DNA of 63,913 nucleotides, counting the filler, from Conidiobolus incongruus B7586 (lineage: Eukaryota), in NCBI GenBank assembly GCA_000697335.1. It is 29 parts of 29 records of this genome, joined end to end, with 100 filler letters (N's around TTAATTAATTAA, not from the genome) between each part and the next. Parts side by side here need not be neighbours in the genome. Positions count along the whole stretch, not along the records: positions 1 to 2,779 come from JNEM01001478.1; positions 2,880 to 5,427 come from JNEM01001479.1; positions 5,528 to 8,075 come from JNEM01001480.1; positions 8,176 to 10,698 come from JNEM01001481.1; positions 10,799 to 13,288 come from JNEM01001482.1; 24 more parts are not named here. One strand, 5' to 3'. Made by a program: the position numbers and the translations under genes. The notes beneath the pieces were generated by a model. That model ran no database searches. It worked only from the letters and a program-made list of their open reading frames with translations, and was not told the origin of the DNA. Every line of letters starts with the position of its first letter. Within the stretch, counting starts at the first letter, position 1. Below, in pieces: positions 1-12,776 of the stretch.

Positions 1-809
1 ATTTTGATTATATCATTATTATAAATATATTATTATTAATGATAATATAATCAGTTATATATTACCTAATATAATTCAATAATTAAATATTATCATTTTA
101 TTAATCAATTCAATTAATTTCTCTTATATCATTCAGTCTTTTATAATTATTAAAACAAAGTTTTTTATTTTTTCTAAATTAAAAAGAGTAAATTTTATCA
201 TTTTTATAATTATAATTAGAATTATTAGCAATAATTATATTAATAAAGAAAATATGTTGAAAATAGTTATTTAGCCTTATATTTGAATTAAAAAATTATA
301 AATTAAATTATGATAAATATATATATCAAATATATAAATATAATATTTTAAAATTATCTTACTTCTATATTATATTTATTAATATTGATTAAATACTTCA
401 CGCAGGAAATTTACCAATATTAATTTTTCTAATATTAATATTAATAATAATACTAATTTGAAATATTTAATATTTTTATATTAAAATTAAAAAAATTAAA
501 AAATTAAATTTTGGATAATAATTTATCAATTTTGTTTTGAATATAATGTTAAAAGAATGAATTAAATACCAATAATAATATATAGTATAAAAATACTAAA
601 ATAATATTAAAATAGACTTATAATTTAATCAAAAGTTATATAAAAGAACAACAGAATTTCATTGATAAAAGGTAACTATTTCTGGTAAACATAATAAAAT
701 GAAGAATATGATAATTTATATCATTAATATAAATTATTTAAAACAATCATAGGTTTGAAATGATTTTAATATCATATAAAGATATATTAAGAGATTAATA
801 CTACTAGAA

Positions 810-1650
810 ACTTTCTCCATTGCCAGGTAACAATCGGTCAAGCTAGCCTTCAAAAATTGGTCATTGATTTTATCCCATTAGGATCTCTGGACTCCATATA
901 AGACTTAGAGAAGATTAACCAATGTTAATCGACTTTGAATAAATATAATTGTAAGTGGTAAAAGTCACCTAATAAACTTAGTTTCAGTTATTCCCAATTT
1001 TTATCAATAAATGCCAAACTCAAGTTGTAAATTAAAAAATCAACATACAAATGCCCATATTCGATAATCTCTTCACAATACTAAATAATGATACGAAGCA
1101 AAGACCTATATGTTCACTTTCGTCACGTAATCTTCATGAATTCGTCAAATGTACCAAAGCAGTACAAGTCTTCAAAATCCTTCAGAAAGTTCAAGGTAAA
1201 AATGCCATCCGCGAACAAGCATGTAGTAGATAGTATATCAGATTTATAAGCAGAGAATTTGCATTTGAAGTAAAATTCAACTATCATAGAACACCAAAAT
1301 TAGATAAACCCAATTTAGAAAAGCTATTAATCACAGTCTCAATTTGAATGAGAAGCAATTTACCAGGGGGCTGGGCAATTCTAAAGCTAATATTTCAAGA
1401 TTTAGAATATCGATATTGTTGGAGCCTGATCTTGGGACTTTGCTTGGGTACTAATCCAGGAGAGAACTTAGGTCAGGGGAAATAAGATTAAAAATATTCA
1501 TGTTAACAATCTGCAATGGTTTAAAAATTTTGATAAAGGTGAGATTGGTAACATACATAATCCTTTGAATTATAGTGAAACCACAGGTGCCAATATTGAC
1601 CAAAATAATGCTATTATATCCAATTTTCGAGATGGAAATAATTAAATTTT
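810..1650 (+). mobile_element. Possible degenerate LTR-retrotransposon (Ty3/gypsy-like) integrase remnant
   Basis: Locally higher GC. Broken + frames give LQKLVIDFIPL (cf. integrase 'IDFxGPL'), KSTYKCPY and KNIHVNNLQWF (cf. GPY/F-domain 'HVxxL'). Many stops and frameshifts; motif matches by eye only. Confidence 0.3.
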
Positions 1651-2089
1651 TAATTATATATTTAATTCTAGTCTCAATAGAGGTCATTTCTAAACATACA
1701 GTAATTTCAATATTGAAACTCATAGTGGTTTTCATATAATATTAAATCTGGATTTTGTTACACGTCAGAACTAATTAGAATTAATATAGTATTTATAATA
1801 TAAAAAACTCTATTAATAATTCATCAATCATTCATCCCTTAATTCAATACCAGCTATATGCTTTCCGAAATTAAAATATTCTTTTCTTATTCTAAGAAAA
1901 ATTAATTAAAATTCTATTTAATAAGTTTAGTTTTCAAATCAAAATCACCTTAGTACCAAAAAATAGAAAATATTTTATTAATTAATATTCCAAATATATT
2001 ATGAATTTCGAAATTAATATATATAGAATAAATAAGGAAATATATCTTTAAAATGAATATATAAAAGTATATAATTTTTTCACCAAAAA

Positions 2090-2640
2090 GTAACTTTTGA
2101 AAAATAAAAGTTTTATTCAATTTAAATTAAATAATAACCATCAAAATTTTTTATTTTAATATTAAAAAATATCAATCATAGAAAATTTAAAATTATTTAA
2201 AATTTACAAGTCACTTTTAAAAATAATGATTTGTATAGATTAATTATATTATTGTCAGGTTAATAATTTGAAAGATTTAACAGAAATCTTTTAAAATTTA
2301 TAATAATTTAAAAAATTTATCTATAATATTTACTATTAAATGAAAAAATTATTAAAGTATTTTAATATTATCTATTTAAATATTTAAAAAATATTAAAAT
2401 TTAAAATGAAATTAATTAATAAAAATAAAATATTTATAACTTTTGATTTGACTAAATTTTAAAAAACATTAGAAAAAAATTATTAAATCAAATTTATTTA
2501 GATATAACCAAAAACCAAGGTTTTAATAATAAGTAATTTTAATACAAGAATTATATATCATTTAAAATAATATAGAATCAAAATATAAATTAATATATTA
2601 ATATATTAATTCAGATAAAAAAAATACATTTGATAAGTTT
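2090..2640 (+). mobile_element. Mariner-like family fragment (5' half of transposase, degenerate)
   Basis: aataataaccatcaaaa (about 2130) and aatttatttagatataaccaaaaaccaagg (about 2491-2520) match the reverse complement of the full-length copy at 57271-58559. Boundaries approximate. Confidence 0.6.
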
Positions 2641-3617
2641 TAATATAAAATATTTAATTAATAAATATATATTAATTATAATAATGATTAATCAAAATAT
2701 ATGGCTTTTTTAATTAATTTTGAATCAAATTTAATATATAATAAGTTTAATTTTTATATATATAAGTTATTTCTAATTANNNNNNNNNNNNNNNNNNNNN
2801 NNNNNNNNNNNNNNNNNNNNNNNTTAATTAATTAANNNNNNNNNNNNNNNNNNNNNNNNNNNNNNNNNNNNNNNNNNNNTAATATTAATTAAAAAAAGTT
2901 ATCAAAGTTATTTTTAATAAAAAAACTAGCAATAGATATAATTATATAATATATTTATTAGATTATAAATTATATGATTATATTTGCTTTAGATAATTAA
3001 AAAAATAAGTTTATAGAAAAATATATTTCAAAAAATAAATTAACTAGGGTTATAAAATTTCAAATTTTAGACTAAAATAAAGAAAGTTGTTTTTTAAATA
3101 TTAAGAACTTATTAAAGATATGACAATAACTTATTTATAAATAAAAAGTATATAAATTCTCTATTGTATATTTATATTATATAATATTTAATATTAAAAT
3201 TATATTTATAATCAATTTGAAAAAAGTGCTATTATTTAATTTCTAATCCTCCATGCCATTAAATATATTATAATAAATGTCAACATAAAATCATATTAAA
3301 ATATTAAAATATTAAAAAATACAAAACAAAAATTATTATTATTGAAATTAGTGAAATAATAAAGCTAATGATAAAAAATATGTTTAATAATAATGAATAT
3401 AAAATAAAAATTTGAAAAAAATTAAAAATTTGAATTAAATTCATTAAATTATAATATTATTTTCAACAAATTTTTAATTATTTTTAATTGATTAAAATAT
3501 TAATAATTTACATTTAATCGATACAATTAACAATACTAAAAGGCTGATGAATGAATCATGTGAAAGACAAAGAAAAGAAATGTTTAAATAAAAAATAATA
3601 TTGAATTAATAGTCAAA

Positions 3618-4273
3618 TTATTGTCTAGAACGCTTGTGTTCATATTGTCTACGTAACCAATTGCGATAATCCTTAACTGAGAATATCTTTTCACCGTAGA
3701 AATCAGGAGCTTGGTTTACAACTTGGGAAGTTACATTGGATCGGTACTTGGTAATACGTTGGAAAAAGTCTGCATCTTTCTATATTACAAATTATTTAGT
3801 ATATCAAATTAATTATAAAATATAAAAATTACTTGTTTAATAATATGATACTGCTTATTATAAAGAGCTCTAAACAACACATTCTCTAAAATAGGACCCA
3901 TAAAAAAACCTAACATACCGGAACCGGCAACTGCCAATACTAAAAAGATTTGAGGATCTAAACCATACACCAATTCTGGGGTAGCGGAAATTTCTAAAGT
4001 GTTTAAAAGGTAAGTAGCGGTACCTCCCGCAGCGGCGATGGTAGTGGGAACAGATAAGACACGTTCAATAATTCTGCGCTTCTTTTTCAATTTGAAATAT
4101 TCCTGCCAGCTCATTTGATTAGCTAATTTGCTAATGGTTTCTTGTTGGGCTTGAGTTTGAGCATCAGTTTGATTACTCAAACATCTTAATAAAGTTTTAG
4201 AATATTGATGAGTTAATAATCTGGAAGGTTGATAGTTGATGGTATTAAGATTTCTTAAGATCATTCGATTCAT
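3618..4273 (-). CDS. PAM17: Mitochondrial import motor subunit Pam17; exons 4273-3833 and 3779-3618, 200 aa
   Basis: Basic N-terminal presequence, SWQEYFKLKKKRR, GLDP and two TM segments. A phase-0 53-nt GT-AG intron (3832-3780, branch TACTAA) joins exon 2 KDADFFQRITKYRS...NQAPDFYGEKIFSVKDYRNWLRRQ, the conserved Pam17 C-terminus. Confidence 0.93.
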
Positions 4274-4545
4274 TTTTAGAATTTAAAATAAATTAAAAAT
4301 TGAATTTAATAATAATTATCAAATTAGTTAATTAGATTTCATTAAAATTATCTAATTTGAATTAATTTAATGACGTTATGGGTTTTATATAAAATTGAAA
4401 ATTTTCAATATATTATCCCATAATATTTTTTTAATTTTTTGAAAAAATTAAAAATATCAATTAGTTGCCAATTTGAAAAAAATAATATAAAAGTATATAA
4501 CTCAACTATAAATAATAACAATATAACTTATAAAAATAAACCAAG
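4274..4545. promoter_or_regulatory. 272-bp bidirectional intergenic region between PAM17 and RPC11
   Basis: Divergent ATGs at 4273(-) and 4546(+) on the same contig; CRE-like TGACGTTA at 4371-4378. Confidence 0.55.
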
Positions 4546-4929
4546 ATGCTATTCTGTCCATCTTGCGCTAATATGTTAACAATTTCCAAAAAGGGAACCC
4601 ACTACTTTATCTGTAATACTTGTCCCTACCAATATCAGATCACTGACAGTATGATTGGAAGAACTTATATGAAGCGCAAAGAGGTTGATGATGTATTAGG
4701 TGGTGAAAAGGCTTGGGCTAATGTAGATTCTACAGAAGGTACAAATATATTATGATATTGATTATATATATATATATATATTCACTAATTTTACCCTATA
4801 GTTCCATGTCCCAAATGCGAGCATAACCGAGCATACTATTTCCAATTACAAATTCGTTCAGCTGACGAACCCATGACAACGTTCTATAAATGTTGTAATA
4901 CCGAATGTGGCAACCAATGGAAAGAATGA
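4546..4929 (+). CDS. RPC11: RNA polymerase III subunit C11 (POLR3K); exons 4546-4738 and 4802-4929, 106 aa
   Basis: N-terminal zinc ribbon [11 protein letters not shown]...CNTCPY and [10 protein letters not shown] 63-nt GT-AG intron leads to exon 2 [42 protein letters not shown] with the TFIIS-like QIRSADEP motif. Confidence 0.97.
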
Positions 4930-5527
4930 ATTCACTATAATTATATTCTATCACTCGATATTTTGCCAAATACTCAATTATTATCTACTAATCATTTACA
5001 TTATAGATTCTCTGTAAAATTATATTAAATTTATTTAACTATTAATTTAAAAATATTATTTCATTAACAAAATTCCTGTTTTTATATACTCTAGTTCTTA
5101 TATTAATTTTATCAATTTATACATTATATAATCCTTTTTAGTTTTAATTTTAGGTTTTAACAATATATTAATTTGTTGATTTAAGATAAATTTGGTGGTA
5201 TTTTTGAAGGTTTGAGAGTAAGATTTTAAAGATTATAAATTGTTTAATATTTTACACTAAATATGTATATGCATTGAATCCATTTAAATTACAAAATTCA
5301 CTAATTTTAAACCCATTTATATTTAGTTAAGTTGTGGAATTAAAAATAATTTAAGAAATTGTATAATTTTTAATAAGAATTTTAATTATATATTTAATTA
5401 TATAATTTTATAAAATTTTAATTTAAANNNNNNNNNNNNNNNNNNNNNNNNNNNNNNNNNNNNNNNNNNNNTTAATTAATTAANNNNNNNNNNNNNNNNN
5501 NNNNNNNNNNNNNNNNNNNNNNNNNNN

Positions 5528-6110
5528 AATCAAAATATTAGGTTAAATTAAAATAATTCTTCTATAGATTTTAATAAACTAATATTTTGCTTGTAAATAA
5601 ATATTCATTACAATAATAAACTATAATAATAGTTAATTTTTTTATTAAAATTTTCAAAATAAATTAATAAATTTTATATTTTATTTAATAATATCATTTT
5701 AAATTAGGGTTTTTTTAAATATTAAATAATTATAATTTTATATAATAATTATAAAATATATATTGAAATAAAGTTATAAAAGACTTTTTATAAAAAATTA
5801 AAAAGAATTACCATAACTAATATAATTCTTAATTTTTCTTATATAATTATAATTGCTTTTGGCAATTAAAAAATACTTGTAAGAAAAAGAGTTCCTATAA
5901 ACAAATTTAATTAGTTTGTGAAACATTAAATTTTAGTTTTTAATAAAAAGAATTATTTTTTAGGTGTTAGAAGTTTACCAAAAGTATAGTAGAAGTTATT
6001 AATAATAAAAAAAGTATTTATTTTATATTACTTATATATTTTTATTGGCTATATATTAAAAATTAAATTTTGATTTTAAAATTTTTGCCATTATTTAATT
6101 TCAGTAGTAA
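5528..6110 (+). mobile_element. Mariner-like family fragment (3' half plus right TIR)
   Basis: Colinear with the reverse complement of 57271-57880 (e.g. taggtgttagaagtttaccaaaagtatag). Ends in TIR ...gccattatttaatttcagtagtaa followed by TA. Confidence 0.75.
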
Positions 6111-6682
6111 TATTAACTAATTAAATAAATTTTAAGATTTATAATTATTAGAATTAATCTGATACTTAACAAAGTATTATCACATTCACAAATTTGACAT
6201 GTTGAACCATTTGAAAGTATTTTGAAGTTATTGAGCATTTGCATTACCTCAACAATTCCTTCTTTCCATCATCTTTTTTTGTATTAATTAACACATTGTT
6301 AAATCTGAATAATATTTAAGAACTCAGTACTAAATAAAACAATTGACAATTCTTGCAAAAATTGAACGAATCAATTTCGATTGGTAGGAGGATCCCCTAG
6401 GGTAGAGTTACAAATTACTACTTTATTGTATGGCTGTGATTGGTCAAAACATTAATTTTCTCCACTCTGTTTGCTACATTTGGATTGGGACTTTCAGATT
6501 TTCGTGTGTGTTAATCAAAGGATCTATCTTATTTTTTATTTAATGTTATTAATTAATTTAATGTTAAAAGGTGATAATAGTAGTTTGGTATTAGTACAAT
6601 AGTTTGGTGCTTCGATTTTACTGGATATAATATTGTGAATAATTAGAAATTTGCATTAGTTAGTCATATAATTGTCGCAGAA

Positions 6683-7867
6683 ATGAGTTCAAATGCTCAC
6701 ATTTACCCGTACGAGGACTGTCGCGTCCCAGTGGGAAGATACGCCGTCAACTTCGGGCTGGCGGTAGCGTCAGCGGCGTTAATAGGCTTTCAAAGGGTTT
6801 ACGAAGCGGTCAACTTCAAAATGATGATGACAAAACCCACATTCGTATCGTTCATTTCCTCCGCCGTTATGTTTCTAATTTTCACTCCTGTAGTGCTGTA
6901 TCGTCATGGTTGGACGGGGATCAACTATATTTATAAAACGAGAAGCTGGCTCTATCTCGTTTTTGCCCTTCTAGAAATTCAGGGCTACTATAACTATAAC
7001 TTTGCTATTATTAAGACTAATATTTACGTCTATATCGTGACGGGTACTGTGGGAATTGCTACTCTTATTCAAAGTCGATTTGTTTTGAAGACTAGATATA
7101 AGCCACTTCACTTAGTTGGAAGTTTGCTGTGTTTTATCGGTTTGATATTTGTCAGTATGTCGGAGACTCCTTTTGCAATTCATTTGGATCAGAATACTAC
7201 CCTCTCACTTATTATCATCTATTTGGGGTTTGCAATACTGAGTATTCCATTATACTCCAGCGCTTATATCAGTTTGGAAGCTGCTTTAAGACAGTTTTCA
7301 ATTCCCGAATGCTTAATGTTTTATGGTCTTTATGGTATGATTATCAATGCTTTAACAATGTAAGTCATTTTTATCTCATTAGCTTATTAATTAATCTAAT
7401 ATACATTTAGTATCTTCATAGATCGCTACCAATTAGACGATAACTGGAGTGGCGAAACACGTAAATATATATTAATTATTACTCAAACTATTGTACTAAA
7501 TTTTTTCAAATTTAGTATCCAAAGTTGCAGCACTCCTACTCACAGTTCTATGCAAGTCCTTTGAATTGATAGTAGCGTGTTTCTTAATAATAAGTTCCAA
7601 TTCAGTATTCTACTCGCATTCCAAAATCATATGCCGACTATTTTTCATCATATTTACTCATTTTAAAATCAAATTGTTAGACCCTCTCGAGGTAACCATT
7701 TCTGCAATCTCTCATTCATAAATTTACTGATAATTTTTTAGATAAACTGGTATCTCATAGTTGGTGGTATTATCTTCTACCTAGGACTTGGATTACTGGG
7801 AATTTATCAAATGCCAGTAACTAAAGATAAATCTCAATTTATTAATTTTTATAAAAGACCAAGTTAA
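6683..7867 (+). CDS. DMT-superfamily transporter, SLC35F-like; exons 6683-7359, 7411-7460, 7516-7691, 7742-7867, 342 aa
   Basis: Multi-TM protein with SLC35F-like segments (WLYLVFALLEIQGYY, FVLKTRYKPLHLVGSLLCFIGL, YGLYGMII). Three short GT-AG introns keep the frame through to TAA at 7865-7867. Confidence 0.75.
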
Positions 7868-8042
7868 TCACAGTTAAATAAATAATATTCAATAGAATTT
7901 GGTTGATATAATATCCTTTGTTTATATTTAATATTATATTTTTTTGGTCTTTGTTCTGCAATTTTATGTGGTTTAGTTCATGCCATAATTTTAGTTTTTT
8001 TTCGATTTTTTAAGATTATTTTATTAGGTGTATTATTATCAC

Positions 8043-8075
<33 letters not shown>

Positions 8076-8175
8076 NNNNNNNNNNNNNNNNNNNNNNNNN
8101 NNNNNNNNNNNNNNNNNNNTTAATTAATTAANNNNNNNNNNNNNNNNNNNNNNNNNNNNNNNNNNNNNNNNNNNN

Positions 8176-8265
8176 AAAAGTTATTAATATTAAAAAAATA
8201 TTAAATTTATTTTATATATCTATTTTTAATTACAAAAAATTGCCATTATTTAAAATACAAAGTAA
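8176..8265 (+). mobile_element. Mariner-like family 3' end / right TIR
   Basis: aaaattgccattatttaaaatacaaagtaa followed by TA, matching the TIR at 6080-6110 and the reverse complement at 57271. Confidence 0.6.
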
Positions 8266-8329
8266 TATTATTAGGAATAAATATTAATAGTATAGTATTT
8301 CACCAATTATTACCTATTAAAATAAATTA

Positions 8330-8788
8330 TAATATTAGAATAAAATTTAAATTTTTAAAAAACTTATGTTATAAATTAGTTCAAAAAAATTATAATTAAA
8401 AAATCATTTATTTTCCATAAATATAGCAATATATATATAGCAAAATTGATTAATGATTTGTTTATTAAAAAGGACTGGTCTTTATTACTATATCCACCAT
8501 ATTCACCAAATATGAATCCTTGTGATTATGATTGTTTTGATTAGTTGAAGATTTGATTAAAAGGAAGAGATTTGATAACATTTCAATTTTATATTTCAAA
8601 ATTAGGAATGTAATTTTTATGATAAATTATAAAAGCCTAAAGGGCTTAAGTAATTACCATTAATATGGAATTCTATTATTGAAAAGCAAGGAAACTATTA
8701 GTGGTTAAAATCATACTATTTTGTTTTAATTTGATTTATTTTGTTAAGTATAAATTTAAAATTAGTCAACTTACTTTTTGGACTACTA
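8330..8788 (+). mobile_element. Second mariner-type transposase remnant (different TIR)
   Basis: 8461-8570 translates to FIKKDWSLLLYPPYSPNMNPCDYDCFD*LKI*LKGR, the mariner (H)PPYSPDLxPxDY motif. Probable TIR gtcaacttactttttggactacta plus TA at about 8764-8790. Confidence 0.7.
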
Positions 8789-9001
8789 TAAAATCCGATT
8801 TCATTATTTTAATGATAGTTTTCGAATCATTTATAATGACCTTATAATTCATATTATATGAATAAATTATAAATTACTTCAATAATGATAATTTGATACT
8901 AAAAAAGCTTTTAGAATGCAAAAGTTTTGGTTTAACATATTATTATTATTATTTAAAGTTAAAAATACATATATTATTTATTACAGTATAGTTCACTGTA
9001 T

Positions 9002-9226
9002 TTATATCTGAAACATGTTAGTAACGTCAACATCGCCAAACGGAAATCCAATACTGGAGCCTTCCTGATTGTTCGGCTGTTGTCCAGTCCCTCTCGCCGT
9101 GTTAACACCAACTAATCCATTGTTAATTAGTTGACCACTATTGAATAAACCATTCATAGTATCTGGAGAAAATACTGGATTTGACATTCCGAAAGTCATT
9201 AAAACGCTAATTATAGTTAGTTTCAT
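9002..9226 (-). CDS. Small putative secreted protein, 74 aa, Gly/Asn-rich, unknown function
   Basis: ORF with raised GC relative to its flanks and a signal-peptide-like MKLTIISVLMTFGMS. No recognisable domain. Confidence 0.6.
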   Translation of the reverse strand: MKLTIISVLMTFGMSNPVFSPDTMNGLFNSGQLINNGLVGVNTARGTGQQPNNQEGSSIGFPFGDVDVTNMFQI

Positions 9227-10099
9227 TGTTATTTAATAATCTAATAAATTTTTCAAAGTTGTTGATTTTTCATATTAAATGATGTATTTATATTAGCTAA
9301 TAAAGAAAAACTTTAATAATGATTTAATTCTTCTCTTGATTAAAATTTACCGATTTAAAATTTTAATATTGATTTCCAAGATCTTCATTTTTTCAATTAA
9401 AAATTTCCTAATCATTTACACAGTATTTTATATATTAGGGATCGGTACAAATTTTTAAATGATCAAGTAGGAATATTTGATAATGCAATTTTGAGAAGAT
9501 TGCTGATCTGAAATTATTATCACTCTTAATGTTATTTTCATAGTATATTTTAATATATCAGTTCATCTATTATGAATTTTATAACATGAATTCATAACAG
9601 TTTGATGGGTTAAGTTGAAATATAGAAAAATTAAAATCGAATTAAATATATGATAGGTGAGAGAGTTTGATCAAGTTTAATTAAAATAAGGTCTTCCGAC
9701 CAAATTAACAAATCCTTTCAGAGAATGTGTTCAATGTATTTTGACTAAAATACTATTTCAAATTATACAAATATTTGTTAAAATATTTATTGTTATTAGA
9801 ATATAATTTCAAAGTTCTAATCAACTATAGTTGTTATGTATTGATTATAAAATAGGTTTGAACTAGGTTGTCAACCTCAAATTACTAATAATAACAAAAT
9901 ATTAACATTAGTTTACATTTATAATGAAATTGAATTGCCAATAACGGTCATAATAAACATTTTGGCATACCCTACTCCATTTCAAAGGTGTTTTAATATT
10001 AATAGAGTGTTAATTTAATTTGCAAATTTTTACCTAGTTTTCTGCATTAAAAGGTTAAAGAACTTCTATCAATTTATACTATTAGAATAGTAATTAAGT

Positions 10100-10698
10100 G
10101 ATTTCATAATTTTAAAAATAAAATTAAATAAAAATATTAATATATGATTTGTAAATATAATTGCACAATATAAATTAATACTTTTATTTATTATTAATAA
10201 CTTTTTGCTATATTTTTAACAAGCTTCTAATACTTAAAAAATGGTTTTTTTATTAAAAACTAAAATTTAATATTTTATAAACCAATTTAACTTATTTGTA
10301 GGAATTATTTTTCTTAGAAATATATTTTTTAATTTCCCAAAACAATTATAATTATATAAGTTATAATCTAATAAATATACTAGTTATGGTAGTTTTTATT
10401 AATTTTTTTGTATAAAAGATTTAAGTTTATATTTATATATTGGATATTAATGTGTAAAATAATAAGTATCTTAAATTGTTAATAAAAACACCATTTAAAA
10501 ATTTATTATTTTAAAAAATATAAAATTTTTTATTAATTAATTTAACTTTTAAAATTAAATAAAAGAACTAAGTAATATTATTATATAATATAATGGTTAA
10601 TATTTGTTATTAATAAAGCATTTATTTAGTGAAATATATAAAAAAGAATAATTTAACTAATTTATTTTTGGCTTTGTTTTTAAATAAAAATTAATACA
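10100..10698 (-). mobile_element. Mariner-like family fragment (3' half)
   Basis: ataactttttgctatatttttaacaagcttctaatac...atactagttatggtagttttt is colinear with 55505-55710. Left boundary approximate. Confidence 0.7.
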
Positions 10699-12720
10699 NN
10701 NNNNNNNNNNNNNNNNNNNNNNNNNNNNNNNNNNNNNNNNNNTTAATTAATTAANNNNNNNNNNNNNNNNNNNNNNNNNNNNNNNNNNNNNNNNNNNNTA
10801 AAGTTATTAATTTTAATATATCATTATATAATATAAATTGATTATATTAATAATCATTAACAATAATAATTATTTTTAATAATAATAATTATGTGAAGCT
10901 AAATATTTATTAAGAATCAATTAATTGGATTAAAATATTTTAATTTCAAGTTAAGAATTAATATTATATATAGATATATAAATATATAAATAAGTCATAA
11001 TAATTTGTTTTTATTCATTAATCATAATATTTCTGATTAAAATTGTAATTTTTACCTTATTAAGTGTTAAGTAGTTTGATTATTAAATAAATTCAATATA
11101 TGTATATATTTTTGAATAATTTGACTAATTATAAGTTCATAACCATCAAATAAAATAATTCAAAGTTTTCAATACTGGAAATTCAAATTCTTTGAAATTA
11201 AATTTTTAAATTGATAAATATAAATATCTATTATATATAAAATTTGATATAAAGTTAATTATTTTATATTATATATAATACTTGCTAACAAAGTTGAAAG
11301 GTATCAAATCAGAGTAGTAGCGCAATAATTATAATAATAACAAGACTTTTTGATCCAAAATAACAGAGGGATAAAATAATTGAATTAAGTTAATAAAAGG
11401 AATCAGAAGAATTAATAAATTATCATAATAATAAATTTTGTTATTTCCTCTGTTAATATGTAAAGTTGTACTTGTCAAATATTTCAACTCTTTATAATAA
11501 TCAGTATTATTTAATTTTATAATATTTAACAAGGTTAATCTATAAGTTCAAATAACTATTATTCTTCTAAATATATTGATATATCAATATTTCCTTTAAT
11601 TATTAATATGATATTGATTTGTTAAAATCATAATTAAAATAAAAAATATTTATAAAAAGTTGTTTATAATACTTCAAACTTGGTTTTTATATGTTTAATT
11701 GATTTATTATATAAACAGACATTAATAATGTATAATAATAAATATATATATTAATTTGGGTCATAACCTATAATTTCTATGAATCAAAATAATTAAAATA
11801 TTAATTTTCAATTTGATATTGATATAATTAGTTTAATAATTATATTTTTTTTAAATCAAGAATGAATAAAAGTAATTTTAATAGGATTTTTCTATCCAAA
11901 CCTTAATATATTTGGTGTTTCTTGATATTATATTTAATAATAACATATTTTAATAATATTTGATAATACAATTTAGCACTTAAATACTCATCTAGGAGAA
12001 TTTAATTAACTAAACCGTAAAATATTTAAAAAATACACTACTGATTGATTTATCAATAAATATATTATCTCAAATTTGTATTTCATATATGTCTTGTGGG
12101 CGATTACTTTGATAAATAACAAAATGATATTTTTAATTTTCAGTTACCACTGAAATATTCATTCATAGGCTAATATATTAATATATAAATCTAATAATAG
12201 TTATTAAAATTATCTACCTTAATAAATATATATTTGTTGATATTGTATATTGAATTGTTAATTAAGTTCTCAATTCAATGCTATTTATATATTATCAATT
12301 GTCAACTTATATTACGAAATAACGCCACTAATATTAATTAATTAAAAAATTTCACGATCACCAACAAGTTTTATAGATTTCGATAAAAAATTATAAAAGT
12401 GATTAATTAACATTTGCTAAATAACATAAGGAGTCCAAGTTATTAAATTATTTTACAAAGAAAATATTAACTTTGTCATAATGAATTAAATAAATTTATT
12501 ATTCATTCTATGTCACTATTAAATATGAAATTAACATGGTATAACTTAAAAAATATAAGAGTTAAATTAAAAAGTCTTGAACCAAAATATATCTTAATAA
12601 GGTTTGATATTAAAAACCAATATATACTATTAGTATATATATAAATACAATACGAATCAATTAAAATCCTATATTTTGAAATTAAATATTTTCATAATTT
12701 AAATTTTCATCAATTATATA

Positions 12721-12776
12721 TGATCGAACCCAAAGGAGGAATTGATTCAACCAGTTAACAAGAACAGGAGTCAGGA
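12721..12776 (-). repeat. Dispersed ~55-bp GC-richer element, copy 1 (homologous to 45692-45747)
   Basis: tgatcgaacccaaagggaggaattgattcaaccagttaacaagaacaggagtcagg aligns with the reverse complement of 45692-45747 (tgatcgaatctgtaggaggagtcgattcaatcaatcaacaaataacaggagtcaag). Confidence 0.7.

Noticed and set aside
1051..1735. ORFs 1051-1233(+) and 1451-1735(-) as genes
   Set aside because: No recognisable domain; more likely chance frames within a decayed element.
7129..7410. 93-aa ORF
   Set aside because: Alternative frame inside the transporter exon 1 and intron 1.
9651..9675. AGAGTTTGATC (and GATCCTGGCTC at about 43747-43757, minus strand) resembling the bacterial 16S 5' end
   Set aside because: Only 11-nt matches with no continuing rRNA similarity.
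11329..11532. 67-aa ORF, possibly an F-box/LRR remnant
   Set aside because: Non-ATG start, AT-rich low-complexity translation, no diagnostic motif.
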